Shown here in pieces: positions 35,860-50,222 of a stretch of 64,000 nucleotides of DNA. A program made the position numbers and the translations under genes. The notes below the pieces were generated by a model. That model did no database searches and had not been told where the DNA came from. It saw only the letters and a program-made list of their open reading frames with translations. Source of the DNA: Podarcis bocagei (Eukaryota); the NCBI GenBank assembly GCA_964188305.1, contig OZ076896.1, one strand, 5' to 3'. Position 1 is the first letter of the stretch, and every line of letters starts with the position of its first letter.

Positions 35860-37683
35860 CACATTGGGAAAGTCTGCTTTAGAGCAATCTCTCACCTCCC
35901 CAAGCAGTATGTGGAGCCATATCTCACAACTATCACTTGCAGCACAATTGTGCAATAGATAAAACCCAATTGAGTGTGCACAGATTAATCACCCTGAAAA
36001 GTCCTCGCCCATACAAGGTAGAACCTGATTTTCTGGATGTTGTGCTTGTGCTTATAAGCTTCAGGCAGACAGAATGAATTTGCCCTTTGCTGAACAACCC
36101 CTCTATAAGAAGGGGGGGAAACACTGCAGTTACAACACAATGGTTTCAGGAAAGCCATCCTCTCTTCTCTCATGCGTTGGGTAGACAAGGACGCTTTTCC
36201 ATTGGGGGCAAGGAGTGGGAGAATTGATACTGTACTCACACTAATGTTTGCTTGCATGAAATATTGACCGCAGTCACGCTGCCGGTTTTACATGAAGAAT
36301 TAAAAGCAATTTCAATTGTTTGAAAGGTTCTAATTGTTCTCTCTCCCTCCCCCCTCCCCGAAAGAATAATAACAGGACAAACTGAAATCCGGGCTCTCCG
36401 GTTATTTTATAACTGGCACTAACAAATCTCACCAATTACAGAGTCTATTCTATAAGCAATGAAAGTGTGGCTCCCAATTAATCTCGTGTACCTCCAGGCA
36501 AGGTCTAAATCAGCTGGATACAGCTAAAGCAATTTGCACCCAGCTAAAAGCAAATTGGAAAATAAGTGTTCCCTGCTCCCACCTATCTTCCCAAGCCAAA
36601 TGCACCATCAGTATTCTGGCGCAGGCCCTTGGTCATGTTATTTGCAGCTATCAATTTTAATTATAACAATTATTGATTAGTTGGGAAAGTGAATAATCTA
36701 ATGTTCCAATGAACTCCAGGGAGGCTCCCGGGGTCTCTTTTCTTCCATCATGCAACGCAAGTCCACTATTCTTTTTTCGTGTGCTGGGGAAAAAACAAAA
36801 CAATCAGCCGGAGTCCATGCTTATACTCCCCAAGGCTGTGTTTTACAAAGCTGTAGTTAAGGCTTCACTTGTGTGAACTTTCCACCCAACCTGCATTTTA
36901 AAGCTTTCAAAGCTCCCGCTGTAACAACACGTTGAGAACTGAATGACAGCAAAGCGCGGCTAAGTCCAGAAACTGAAGCCAGCGTTACAGGGGAGATTGT
37001 CAAAGGCATAAATGGGAATTAGGCAGCCAATTCCTACTGACATACAAGATTGCTCACCTCTGTGCCATTTCTGCCTCTCAGAAGGCGCTCTCCAGCCATC
37101 TCCAGTAATTCCCCCGCTGTCATCTTCCAGGACTTAAATGAGCGGCCTGCTTATAGAGGTACTGAGCAGCAAGCACTCCCAGAAACTGAATCAGGATATA
37201 TCATGTCAACTCCTGCCAGATACGGCTCTGTGTGTGTGTGTGTGTGTGTGTGTGTTGGTGGGAACTGCAAGTCATTGATGAAGGTTTGTGTTATTGTTTT
37301 GTTGATCCTTTCCTCCCCAAATACCAGGCGTGCTCATTAAATTTATTGCTGTTCCATAATAAAAACACGGATTACATAACCTCCAATATTTCTGTGATGA
37401 AAATAGGGACATCCTATTCCAGAATAATAATATAATAATAATTTTATTATTTATACCCAGCCCATCTGACTGAGTTGCCCCAGCCACTCTGGGTGGCTTC
37501 CAACATATATAAAAACATAATAAAACATTAAACATTTAAAAAAAAAACCTTCCCTATACAGAGCTGCATTCAGATGTCTTCTAAAGGTGGTATAATTATT
37601 TATCACCTTGGCTCGGGGTTCGCATGATTCCATATCCTCCAACATTTCTCCAATGAAAATAGGGACATCCTACCATACCCTCC

Positions 37684-38033
37684 GGGGCACGGGTGGCGTT
37701 GTGAGTTAAACCACAGAGCCTAGGACTTGCCGATCAGAAGGTTGGCGGTTCGAATCCCTGCGACGGGGTGAGCTCCCGTTGCTCGGTCCCTGCTCCTGCC
37801 AACCTTGCAGTTCGAAAGCACGTCAAAGTGCAAGTAGATAAATAGGTACCACTCCGGCGGGAAGGCAAACGGCCTTTCCATGCACTGCTCTGGTTCGCCA
37901 GAAGCGGCTTAGTCATGCTGGCCACATGACCCGGAAGCCGTACGCCGGCTCCCATGGCCAATAAAGTGAGATGAGCGCCGCAACCCCAGAGTCAGTCACG
38001 TCTAGACCTAATGGTCAGGGATCCCTTTACCTT
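37684..38033 (+). mobile_element. Sauria SINE nested in a repeat-unit element (37378-38146)
   Basis: TSD TACCATACCCTCC; host family (CTCCAACATTTCTCCGATGAAAATAGGG units, end TTGGAGGGTCTG) also at 32310-32457 and 44772-44930. Confidence 0.9.
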
Positions 38034-38718
38034 TACCATACCCTCCAACCTTTCTCTGATGAAAATAGGGGTGTCCTAAGGAAAAGCAGGATGGCTTCTG
38101 TAAATCTGGCACTGTCCCTGGAAAATAGGGATACTTGGAGGGTCTGGGATCAGAGCAGGATCAATTCAGACAAAGGTTCTGTTTCCAGTGGCAGCCAGCA
38201 CTGGATGCCTGGAGCTTTGTGAGATGTGCATCAGTGTGTTAAAAAATGGTTCAGTTTTACATTACCCAGGGAACCCGGATTACCAAGTAATAATACAGCA
38301 AAATAACTAAATCTATTTTATACATCTTTAGGACCATGTCTGCTGCTTCCAGTTCTCTTGGCGATGTCCTTCTTATGTGAAAGGACTTACTCTGACTGCT
38401 CTGGGTAACCTATGGGCTTCACCCGTGCTGATAACGCCATAGGTTTGATTCCTGTACGGAACAGCTGTATATTCCTGATGGGGGCTGGCCCACAGGGTCC
38501 CTTCCAAGTTTGCGAATCTATGGTTCCCACTTGCCTATTTGTTTAGATCTTCAGAGAATGTCCTATTTATTATGCCATGGCCTGCAGAGGCCCCTTTTTG
38601 TCAAACTGGAGGAGGGCCTTTTCCATGGTATCCTCTACACGGATCGATCCACCAACATTCAGCTGGCACCTACTGTGAGGAACTCCCACCATCTCTGATA
38701 TCATTCCTGGTTACTGTA

Positions 38719-38877
38719 CAGTGGAACCTCGGTTTTCGAACGCGCCTCAGAAGTCGGAAGGCTTCCGCTGTGCGTTTTTCCATTTTCTCAATGGAAATTG
38801 CTGACAGACCTCTGCGCCTCGGTTGTCCAACGTTTCGGAAGTCGAACAGATTGCATTCCACAACCGAGGTTCCACTG
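38719..38877. mobile_element. Tc1/mariner MITE
   Basis: TA|CAGTGGAACCTCGGTT...AACCGAGGTTCCACTG|TA, 16-bp perfect TIR. Confidence 0.82.
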
Positions 38878-39814
38878 TAATTGTCATAGGTGGTGTTTAT
38901 CATATTGTTTTAAACGTACAGTCAATTGTTTTTTAATTCTTCTTTCACACTGAATTATTTTCTTGTACATCACCTTGATATTATTTTAATGAGGAGTAGT
39001 ATATAAATATTTAAAATAAATAAATAAGTGGTCTTATTCCTTTTATTCCTCGGTGTCTATTCCTTGATAATAATAATCATCGTAATAATGCCCAGGTACA
39101 TTTAAATGAGGACTAATCAAATGGCCTCTCTCCCCACCCCTTTCTTTTTTTTTAAAGTGTCTTTGAGTCTCTTTAATCAATTAAAGCTTTAGTTGATTAA
39201 TCTGCCAAATGAACTAATTAGAGCATGAAGCTCTAAAGATAATACAGTATAATTAGTATATGTGACAAAACACAATTTTAGATTTGATGCACTGCATCTC
39301 AAGCTATCTGGGATGTGTTATCAGAGAAGGAAAGTCATTTCCTTCCAGAATATCATTTCAAAGATAGTTCCAGTTATTTAGCTCTTTCTGCTGATTAAGA
39401 TTCAGGACTGTTCAGCTTTTTTAAAAAAAAAATCTGCTTTTGAAATTATAAGAGAATATGTACTTGAATTAGGAAAAGAGCCATAGCTCAATGACAGAGC
39501 ACATGATTTGCATGCAAAATATCCCACATTTAATCCAAGGTATCTCTAGAGAGGGTTGGGAAAGACCTTGTCTGAAACCTTAGACAGCTGAGCCGTGGTG
39601 CCTGTCAGTTAGACAATACTGAACCTGACTTGTAAGGTGGACTATGGATCTGACTTGGTAAAAACCAATTTTCTATCTTCTCATTTTTCGACGCAGCTGA
39701 AAACCTTCAAGAGAGGGAGCTGTGCTTCTAGCCTCTGACCTGTTACATGAGAAATATAAAAGGAGAGTAATTGCACATCAAAATCCAGAAACTATCTGTA
39801 CACAATACATGATA

Positions 39815-40400
39815 AATTGTTTGTTAATGCTATATCCTGCCTTTCTACCAAATGGTGCTCAAGGTGGCAATAAAAGAAAAATAACAAAGCATAAAAACCG
39901 GAAGGCAAAATTTCAGTAAAACCGATAAGAACAACAGCTGATTGACCAAACTACAACATTTTCAGTGGCCATAATTGTCAGCATATGAAACGAAAGGCCT
40001 GTATGAATGAAAAACTCCTTTGCCTGTTGGTGGAATGTATTCAGAAGAGGAGTTAGGTAGGTCCTGGTTGGCAAGGAGTTCCAGAGTCTGGGAGCAGCCA
40101 TGAAGAAGGCCCTGTTTTGAGTTCCCAAGAAAGAAAGACTTCATCTGAGGGTCTAAAAACCCAAGTGTGCTTGTAGACTATGGACTTTCTGGTAACTCTG
40201 CCTCAAGTTATGTAGAGCAATTTGACTTTAGCCCAGAACAAACCAGTAGCCTGTGAAGGTGTTGTAAGAGGGGAGTCACACAATCCATTCAGCCATTCCT
40301 GGTCAATAGTCTGACTGGTGCCCTCAGCCGGATGAAGTTTCCAAACCATCTACAAAGGCCATCTCATGCAGAGCATATTACAGCAGCCTAGATGAGAGAG
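39815..40400 (-). mobile_element. Old L2 LINE fragment
   Basis: Minus-strand peptide GTQNRAFFMAAPRLWNSLP. Confidence 0.7.
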
Positions 40401-41121
40401 AACTAAGGCCTGTGACCCTGAGGAGAGATCTGACCTGAGCGTGCCGGAGTTCTTTGCTACACTGCCACACATACTCTCAACAGCAAAAAATAATTTGCAA
40501 CAGTATAGGGCTGGACTATGAGACAAGAAGACACTGGTTTCTGATGTGGGGAGTATTTTGGGACTCACAGTTCATGCCATGAGTGTCCCACTTCTGTGGC
40601 ACAGCCAGAGGAGAAGAGAAGAGGTGTTTGTAGGTTTCCATAGGTGTCTGGATGGTCACTGTGAAGACAGGAGTCTGGCTTAGATGAGCCTATGGTTTCT
40701 TATGAACTTTTGTGGTCTGGAAGCAGTTCCTCCAAGGCCACTGGTAAATAACTTTGGAGAAATGTCTTGTGATGTTTAGCATTGCTTTCACAAGATTTGG
40801 AATGAGAAACAGGAAGTGGGTCTGCAGATCCAGCTGTCCTTCCATCAAAGTGATGAGCAACCTAGGTTTCTCTGGGCTTCATGGAGGCCAGGAAGGATTT
40901 TTAGAGATGCGCTTTTTTCTAATTAGGTATTTTTGCCTTCTCTAAGGTGTAGGCCCAGTTTTCAGTTATTTGGGATATTGGTCTAATATTGCTGTTCCTT
41001 TGCAGGAGACCAAGAATCAAGTGGGAGGTGTCCTTTCATTGATGAAGAAGAAGGGGCTTCTGAAATATGTTTAATGAGGGGTAGGAAGGACTTCTGAAAG
41101 TACGGTAATAATATCAATAAT

Positions 41122-41515
41122 AATTTATTATTTATACCCCGCCCATCTGGCTGGGCTTCCCCAGCCACTCTGGGCGGCTCCTTACAGAATATTAAAAACA
41201 CGATAAAACATCAAACATTAAAAACTTCCCTTAACAGGGCTGCCTTCAAATGTCTTCTAAAAGTCAGATAGTTGTTTATTTCCTTGACATCTGATGGGAG
41301 GGCATTCCACAGGTTCACTGTAACCTCACTTCATGCAGTAAGGGAAGCACCAGAAGGCCCTCGGAGCTGGACCTCAGCGTCCGGGCTGAACGATGGGGGT
41401 GGAGACGCTCCTTCAGCTCTACTGGGTCGAGGCTGTTTAGGACTTTAAAGGTCAGCACCAACACTTTGAATTGTGCTTGGAAACGTACTGGGAGCCAACG
41501 TAGGTCTTTCAGGAC
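41122..41515 (-). mobile_element. L2 LINE 3' fragment
   Basis: Closely similar to 34927-35319. Confidence 0.82.
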
Positions 41516-44500
41516 CGTGTTCTGCAGCGTTCTTTTAGCACAAAAGGTGTGTTGGACTTCTCACAGTAGTGCTGAGCAGCTTCTGGGTGGGGAGCACTAT
41601 ATGGCAGGAGTAGCCAACGTGATGACCTTCAGGCATTTTTGGATTCCCAACTCTGATCAATCTCAACCAGCATAGCCAATGATGGGAGTCCTGCTCCAAT
41701 AGCATCTGGAGGGCATTATGTTGGCTACCTCACTCTGCTGGCAGACAATGCCTTAGGACTGAGCGGTGGTGCTGGGGGGGGGAGGCTAGTACAGTGGGAC
41801 AGTCAGGCTGATTCCTCTGAGTCTGGGATTAGGACTCCCTCCCACCCCATTCCTAGTTTCCTAACAGTTGCGATGCCTGAGAGTTAAATAAAGTTGTGGC
41901 CTGTTTCAATTCAAGTTACGACGTCTGTCTCTCATTTACCATCTGCAAGCAATATAATGTGACAAGGCAAGCTCAGCATAAATATGTACCTGATTTTCGT
42001 CAGAAATATGTCGACCCTCTTTTAATCAACCATACTCAGAATGGTGTTTAGGAGCACTGATAATAGGGGGTGTTCAAGGGAACTCCCACCCATCCGCTCA
42101 ATAAACATGTGAAATGCAAGTGAGAATGCAACTGCTGGCTGCATCCCTCCATGCCAATGTGGACATACATTGGATCTTGGTGAGAAAGGGGCTTCACACA
42201 AGTACAGTGGTATGGGCAAGGGGCTCGTCCACCCCATTGGACACCCAGACACTCCAAGTGTCCCTATTTTCCAGGGACAGTCCTGGTTTCTGAGGACACC
42301 TTGAGCTGTCCAGATGTTCTACAACAGCCATCATTTCTGACCATTGGCCCTGCTGGCCGGGGACTGATGAAACCAGAGTCCGAGAAAATCTGGAGGACCA
42401 CAGCATCTGGAGGGCCAATCCCTGTTGCAACTCTTTCTGTCTTGCTTGAATTGGTAACTATGTTTGAAACAGGATTTACAGTCGGTGCTCCAATTCTGCA
42501 GTGCCAACAAGTCAGTGGGAAGCAAGTAAAAAGAAATGGAGAAAGGGGGAATCTATGGATTAAAACCGCCACCATTCCTAAAAGAAACGAGAAATAAACA
42601 TTGCTGTAAACCCTCTTCTCGCTGAAGTGAGATGGAACGCTCTTAAAAGCATGAGAAAATCCCCATTAAAATTTAGTGGGCTATCAAGGAGGCCAGAACA
42701 CACACGATTTGGTTTCTTAAGCTTTCAAGAGGTAGCCTGCTTTAAAATCAAGCCCACTTAGACTCTGTTTGCTCTCTAACACTTTAGTTGCCAAGATTCT
42801 TTGCTGTTAAGATTTCGCAGGGAGCACAAAAGGTGCTTCTGTGAATACCAGCCCCTCGGACTGTCATTGGACAGCGGGGAAACAGAGTCTTCTTGAGTCA
42901 CATACTTCAGACCTGAGTCACAATGCAGTCACCACGGGTTCGGAAATATTATACAATGCAGCACTGAACCCTGGTGCACAGCTGACCTGCTTTAATTCAA
43001 AGGAAGAATGGTCACATTAGCATGTGAGCAAAGGAAGTCAAAATGATCTCATTCAAAGAGTCCCCTTCCATGGCCGCAAACGGAGCTGGCCTTTACAAAA
43101 CAGCACGTCTTTCTCTCGGCCTCACAGGGTTGTCTGCTTAATTTTCTTCACTCTTAACCCTGGATCAAAGTGGGAGACAAAGCGAAGACTTGGAATCCTT
43201 TTCTTCCTATCTGGGCCGCAACAACAGAAGAATTGTAGAATGAAAAGTGTTTTCATGTCAACAGAATGTTCTGAAAGTATGAACTGAGAAGGGGTATTGT
43301 GATCAAGCTGAGATTCATGGAAAACATAGATACTGTTGCTGCTTTGATTTGTTTTTTATTCTTACATACCAGCACTGACATTGTTTGAAATGTAATTCCA
43401 CTTAGTCCTTGCAAAAATAAAGGTTCTTAACAATGAAATTCAAAGATCTTTGAGTTGGAATTTTGATGCACCTGAGACCTGCAGGGCCTAATATACGCTG
43501 ACCCTGCATGGCATTTTTCTCTGGGTTCTTCCACATTCACAGAAAGGCAACAATCCAACATGGATTTAGATGAGCTTCTTCCATGGCAATCACTGGTGTG
43601 GCTTGTGACCATGCTGTATACATTATTAGTTAATTGATGATCCCCCATTGCTGGGAAAGCCAATCACCCCAGTGTAACCCAAGACAATGAACATCAGGAA
43701 GCATGATTTCCAGAGTTAAATGAGCACTCAGAGCTACATGTGCAATTCCTGACAATGGGCCACTACCCCAAAACACATGCATGGAGTGCTCAACGAAAGG
43801 TTGGTTTGTCAGCTGTGACAGCGCCAGTTATCTGGTGCTGGTATGATGACAGGGCTGACCAGGGGTTATAGTCAATGAGGTCCTCCCATTCACAGAAGGC
43901 TCTTTTATATGATCCAGCAGAAGCTCCATGAATGCAAGAGGGAGGGATGCGATGTTTGCAAATCCCCCTTTTGTCCTGCAGCCCTTCAAGCCACCTCCTG
44001 TGCTCTTCTGGAGGGCCTCAGACTGGAAAGTGGGGAGAGAAAGGCAAAATGGAAAAAATCACTTTTCTTATCCTGTATGCAGAAGCTGGATCAAAGAGAC
44101 ATCCATGAATGGAAGTATAGCATTGGTTATCAACAGGAACATAGTTTTCTGCTGCTCAGAAGAATCTCTGGACTGGGTCTATTTTTTCTTTTTTTGGGGG
44201 GGGGAAGGAATTGAGTAAATACCTGCAAAAGACATTGAGAAAGTGGAACGATTTGTGTGCATGTCGTATTTCTCTGTTAAGAAGCAAAGCCCACCTTAGC
44301 CTCCCTCTTTCTTTCATGAAAGGTGTTTTCGCCGATGGCTTACCAAACTGCATTTCAGAACCACTGACCTATTTTGAATTAATTCCTTATGACTCCAAAA
44401 ATGCACTATTCATAGCATCATAGTCATTGTTCCTATGCCACACAGATTTTGTTTTCAGATGAACGCAATTTAAACTCCCATTCATTGCGAAGATCAATTT

Positions 44501-47500
44501 CACTAATCTTCTGCACTAATAAAAAAAGGTGCCTTTTGTAAAACCAGCTTTTGTCAGAACCAGTGTCAAAGGCTTCTGTGCTTGTTAAGAAGTGGGGAAA
44601 CGTACTATGCTAAAAACCAACACCTTCTAGATCTCGATCGCTGAAAGTTCATGTTGATTGACACAATCTACTATATCAATGTGTCTGGTTACTGTATTCG
44701 CCAGATTCTGAAACATGGAACATATTAATGTAAATCAGGTTTTTTAAATACCTTTATTTTTATTTAACAGACCATTTTCCCTAAGGAAGGTCAGACCCTC
44801 CAAGTGACCCCATTTTCCAGGGACAGTCCTGGATTTACAGACGCTGTCCTGGTTTCTGATTTGACCCTGGAATGTCCTGCTTTTCCTTAGGACGTCCCTA
44901 TTTTCATCGGAGAAATGTTGGAGGGTATGGAAGGGAGCTTCCCATAAGTGAAACATCCATTGGGTTGTATTCAACTAATGTTTACTCAGAATACACCTAT
45001 TGAAATTAATGTTCATGACCAAATTAGGGGTATTAATTTCGGTGGGCCTACTCTGAGTGAAAGCTCATTGAAAATACCCCATTGTTTTGAGCCACCTCTG
45101 GAATAAGTATAAGACAAACTGTTATTTTATACGTTATGGTACTTTGCTTTATGGATCAAGCTGGTAGGCTATGTGGAACATACCAACTATTTATTCTGCC
45201 CTGGGCAAAATTGCATCACATCACCAGAAGCATCACAATTCTCCAAAGCTCTATTCCTTTCAAACAAAATTCACCCTATAAGGCCTAGACAGCACACTGG
45301 TCAGGGAAATGGGAACAATATCAACTGACTTCATGCTATCTTTTCAAGAACCAGACAACACATTTCTTTTCTCTCCCTACACGCCATAGCATGTGTGAGA
45401 GAGGTGAGCATTAGTGATGGGCATTTTATAAGAAATTCAATAGAGAGAATATAATGGAACAGAGAAAGGACAGGCTGGATAGATACATCTTATTCTCAGT
45501 GCCGCGTTGTTTTCTTTGACTGCCCTTATAAAGGCACACTTTTACCCTGCATCAGTTGTCAGGGAGTGCCTTTACCCTCAAGGCATCCCCAAGGAACCTA
45601 GTAAAATGCTCTTGCAATGAACAAAGACAACAGAAAGTAATCAAGAACCATGTTTACTCATAACAGTGTCTCCCTGTCCCCCAATCATTTTCTAGGGAGG
45701 GATAAATTCACCTAACCCAGTCACTTTAAGAACAGAGATGGGATCATACAGGCCTCCTTGTTAGCAATTGCTGGTACTTATGTGGGGTTTTATTGTTGCT
45801 GAGTAGTTCTCGGGAAACCAGCCTCCAAGACCTCAATCCCTTTCTATCATCCCTCTATTTTATTCATTTCCCTGCTCATCATGTCTTGTCTGCTTCGTCT
45901 TATCTGATGCTCCATTAAGTTTCTATTTTGGCTAGAAAAGAGGATCATCCATTGTCAGATATTTTGATTATCTGCATAACATCACAACTATTCTCATAAA
46001 TCGAGGGATCTAAAAACAAACTTAATTCATTTTTAGCTACCCTTGGGATGATTCATGACTAACTCTGACATAAGCTGCAAATACTCCACAATGATTTCTT
46101 CAGGTCAATGTACACTGAAGAAATCTGTTAATCCTATGACGGTTCAACTTTTAGTAACTTCTGGATTCTCCCTGGAATCTAATCTATAACCTGTTTCCTG
46201 GGGTGTAATCCTTCAGCTTTACAGTACAATGTGGCTTTTGCATTGAGTAGATTGTACAACTAGCCTTTTTTGAGGTTTGAAAATGAGGTGAAGAAATCTA
46301 AAGCAGATCTGTGAGTGTTTTTACTATCTTTTAAGTGGTAGAGCATATGTCTTGTCTGCAAGTTCAACTGCCGGCAGCATCTGTGCTTAAAAGTACCTCA
46401 AGCCCAGGGAGCAGGTGAGGGGAGAGGTCTCTGCCATAGGTTGGTGGGACAAGAGACCATTCTGGGCCAGATGGAGAGACAAACTTACCTGGTGAAAGGC
46501 AGCTTCCTTTGGTCATACTTCACAGACCACTTATTCCTTTGGCTTTTCGCAACAAATGCTTAAAAGTGTATTCTGTGTGTGTACCTAAAATCAGTGCTGG
46601 TTTTTTGTGGCTTTTTAAGAAAAAGAGGTACCGGAACTCACCATGAACACCTACCTCATTCTCTTAGAATGGCAATGGCACCCACCTGAGAGATGCCAGA
46701 ACTCAGTTCTGGCAGGTTCCGGCTGAAAAAGCCCCACCTAAAATACATGCCCTATCATCAAAGTTTTTGTTTTACAACGAAGATTAAGAAGATAAACACC
46801 ATAGCATCCACCCAAACTTGCAAGATTCTATGGGGACTTAAGGGGCCAACATAAAGATAAAACCATTTGTTTAAAATAAATCCAATGCAATATAGCATAG
46901 GACCTTACAAGTCAACATCGCTCCTCTTAGGAAATTGTGCGTGGGATCCTGAATACAAAGGCATGCAGGGAATGATTTCATTTTTAAAGGATTCCTAGCT
47001 CTTGTCTGTGGAGGCTGAGGGCTGTGCATACACACATTATTGCACCAGTCTAGTTAGGAGCTAGACAGACATGTATGGTGGGACTATCAGGGCAGGACTT
47101 GGAGTAGAGGTGTGGAGAAAAGAGAAGAAGCCTACCACCCAATGCAGCTGGGCTGGCTTATTTTGAAGTCAAAATAGCAGTGTTCCCTTATGGCCATTAA
47201 GATGAGAGTTCAGGGTTGGTCCAAGACATTTCACCTGAGGAAAAAGGCATGTTTGTGCCTCACTTTCAACTCCACGGACCAGCTAAACTAGTAGTTCAAC
47301 CTTATTTACACCCACATGATGGGATGGTATCTGCCACAGCACCTGAGGGCAGTAGGCTAGCTCAGGGAGTACAGGACAGGCCTCAGGGCATTTATAGTTC
47401 TATCATCTAGCACCTCACTGCTGTCCTCAACATCTGCTGCCTGAAGCAGTTGCCTCATTCCCCCTAATGGCTGAGCCGGCCCTCCAAGGGTCCTAAAATT

Positions 47501-49718
47501 ACCTAACTGCACCACTGTATGTATGGGGGGGGAGGGAGGAAAAAGAACCCCCTTGACTCTTTTGAATTGTTCCCCATGAGTTACAGCTATTCACTCCTTT
47601 CCCCGTTACAAAGCTGTTTTCCTCCTACAAAGGTACTTCTCAAAGGACGGCTCGCCTCACCAGCAGCAGGCTGCCTCCATCTGCCATTGTGGGTTTGCCT
47701 TTGCTACAGCCAGCGCAAGAAAACAAAACCACCTAATAGGTTTCGATTCCTTCCCCGGTCCCTTTCCTGTGAACATAAAGCAGAATGATTAAAAAGGCAC
47801 GTATTCTCTTAGTTGGAACATTTAAACAAGGAAGGGTGTGTTTGTTTGAAAGAACGGGCAAATGGTTATCTGGAGGGATTAGGCTTTTTATTTTTATTGT
47901 TAAGTAAAGAAAAGGCACAGCCCAACATGATAACCACCGCTGAAGCACAGATGTCCAGCTTTGCCATTCGGCTATGTTGTTTTTCTAAAGGTCTTCCAAA
48001 CGAAACCCGCTGGTGTGTTTGCACCTCAACTCGGCTCGACACTCATCTGAGGAATGTGATTAAGAGCTAGTGCCTGGCCTGTCTCTTTGGGCAAATGCTC
48101 ACAGGTCTGAAATTTTCAAAGCCTGCTTAACGGTGCCCTAATTAAACAAGTAGAATGCAAGAGGAATTTCTCTGAAAGGTTTAAAGACCATGCCAAAAAG
48201 GGGGGGGGGGATATTGTGTTTATGTTTCAGCAAAGCCAGTCAGAGGCTATTAAGGCTCGCTGGTTCGACGTTCACCCAGTGGCATGAGAGACCCTGCTTC
48301 AGCGAAACCACCAGAGACAGGGCCTTTTCAATAGTGGCACCTCAGTTATGAGGCAGCCTTCCCAGGGAGGCTCGCGTGGTGCTCTCTTTGTGGTCTGCTC
48401 ACCCCGGCCTTTAAAAAAACTTCAGCAATTTGACCTATATATTTTTTAACCTGTTTTTAATTTTGGGAGAGCACCGAATTCTGTTTGTTGTATTTATGTA
48501 TGCCCTTTCTCCTTTAGTGGTCTTATGTTTTACTTGACATTTCAATTGTGGGTTTTATTACTTTTTTATTGTAAGTCACCCACAGAACTTTGTTTTATGG
48601 GGAGGCTCACAAATAAATGACTAAATGGAACTGGAGCAGCTCTGAACAATTGTCGGTTCTTTGTTTTGGGGCGCCGGGCACAACACTGTCAGTGTAAGCC
48701 CTCACCCTCAATGGCCTCTTCTTCATCCTTACTGCCACTACTGCCAACTGAGGAACTGGCAGTCAGGCATCAGCCGCTACTGTTATTTTTGATCCTTGCT
48801 GGCTCATGACTTGCTTACTCCGTCTCTGTTTGTGTAAACAGGCAGCAATAGTGAAAAGGAGAAGCAGCAAGCTTCTGGATCTTAGCTGATGCACAACCAG
48901 CCTGACGCTACATCCCTCAACTGCACTGAACAAATTGGGACATCCCATTTTTGGGCACCGCAGCCCCAAAAGATGTTCAGTGTGCAATCTTGTGCAGGTC
49001 ACATGACTCACACAGGCATGCATCCCAGAAGACCCAGTTTTCCACGGCGACATGTTGGAGGGTGTTTGACACATGAACTGAACTTGCTCCAGACCTTCCC
49101 ACCAGTAAGAGTGTTGTGGAGAAATGGGAGGAGTCTATGCTGTGCCGTAATGCCTGCTGCTGTGAGGTCACAGAATCCTGGCAAATCAAGGCAGAAGCAT
49201 AGAATGCTGGAAAAGGGGAAGGCAGAAGGGGGAATGTCAGCTGGTAACAACTAGAAGGGAAACGAGCGCTGAATAAAGGAGGCAAAGACAGAGCGAAGAA
49301 AACAGCTAGATACAGCCTCAGGAAAGAGGGGAAAGTGGACCAACAACCCAGATTTATGGTACCAAAATAACTGTACAAATCTTGCCACTCAACTAGAAAA
49401 TTATTTATTTTTTAAAGTATATCTTACCTTTCTTGTAAAACAGCTCCAGGTGGATAACATTTCATCAGAACAACAACACATCTATCAATCAAAATAAGGT
49501 ACAAAAGTAGGGCTGCCGTTTCAAACAGCGATGTATTTGAGCAATTTTTATGGAAAAATGGCAAAAACGACACTGCCAACACGGGTTGTCTTATGTCTGG
49601 ATTTCCCCAGACATGTTGCCATTTTCCACCTGGACACTGCTGCCAACTGCAGTTTTCCGGATATGTCCAGGAAATTCAGGACGTATAGCAACCTTAACAG
49701 AAAGAAAAACCAACAAGG

Positions 49719-49721
<3 letters not shown>

Positions 49722-49766
<45 letters not shown>
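49722..49766. repeat. (GT)n microsatellite
   Basis: About 22 units. Confidence 0.95.
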
Positions 49767-49770
<4 letters not shown>

Positions 49771-50146
49771 CCAAAGAGATATGTGCTCTGGTACAATATG
49801 CAAAGCTCGTAGCTTTATGTACTTTTTACATTTCTGAAGCACTCCATATTCCCAGAGAACCAGCAGTTGGTATTTTTTTGACAGCACAAATATTTAGCAA
49901 AGGTAATTAGGGACTGGGGAAATCCTCTTTCATTCCTTCCTTGCAAAGGCCAAGTGCCCAAGCCATTCATCATGCATTTGCAGAAACCTTAACCAAGAAC
50001 AAAGCAGTAAGAACTGCCGTTGTTTGTCTTTTCTTAACCACCAGCGGCAAAACAAGGTTAATGATATGTTTGTAACAACTACAGTTATTCCTCACAGACA
50101 TTCTTCTGAATTAGAGAAGTCTTATTTTATGATTGGTGACCTATAT

Positions 50147-50150
50147 GAGA

Positions 50151-50219
<69 letters not shown>
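50147..50219. repeat. (AG)n microsatellite
   Basis: About 35 units, interrupted. Confidence 0.95.

Positions 50220-50222
<3 letters not shown>

Noticed and set aside
37378-38070. CRISPR-like spaced repeats
   Set aside because: Eukaryotic TE subterminal units separated by nested insertions; irregular spacing and no cas genes.
41780-41960. Possible LTR/DIRS 3' remnant (AATAAAGTTGTGGCC)
   Set aside because: No definable termini or TSD.
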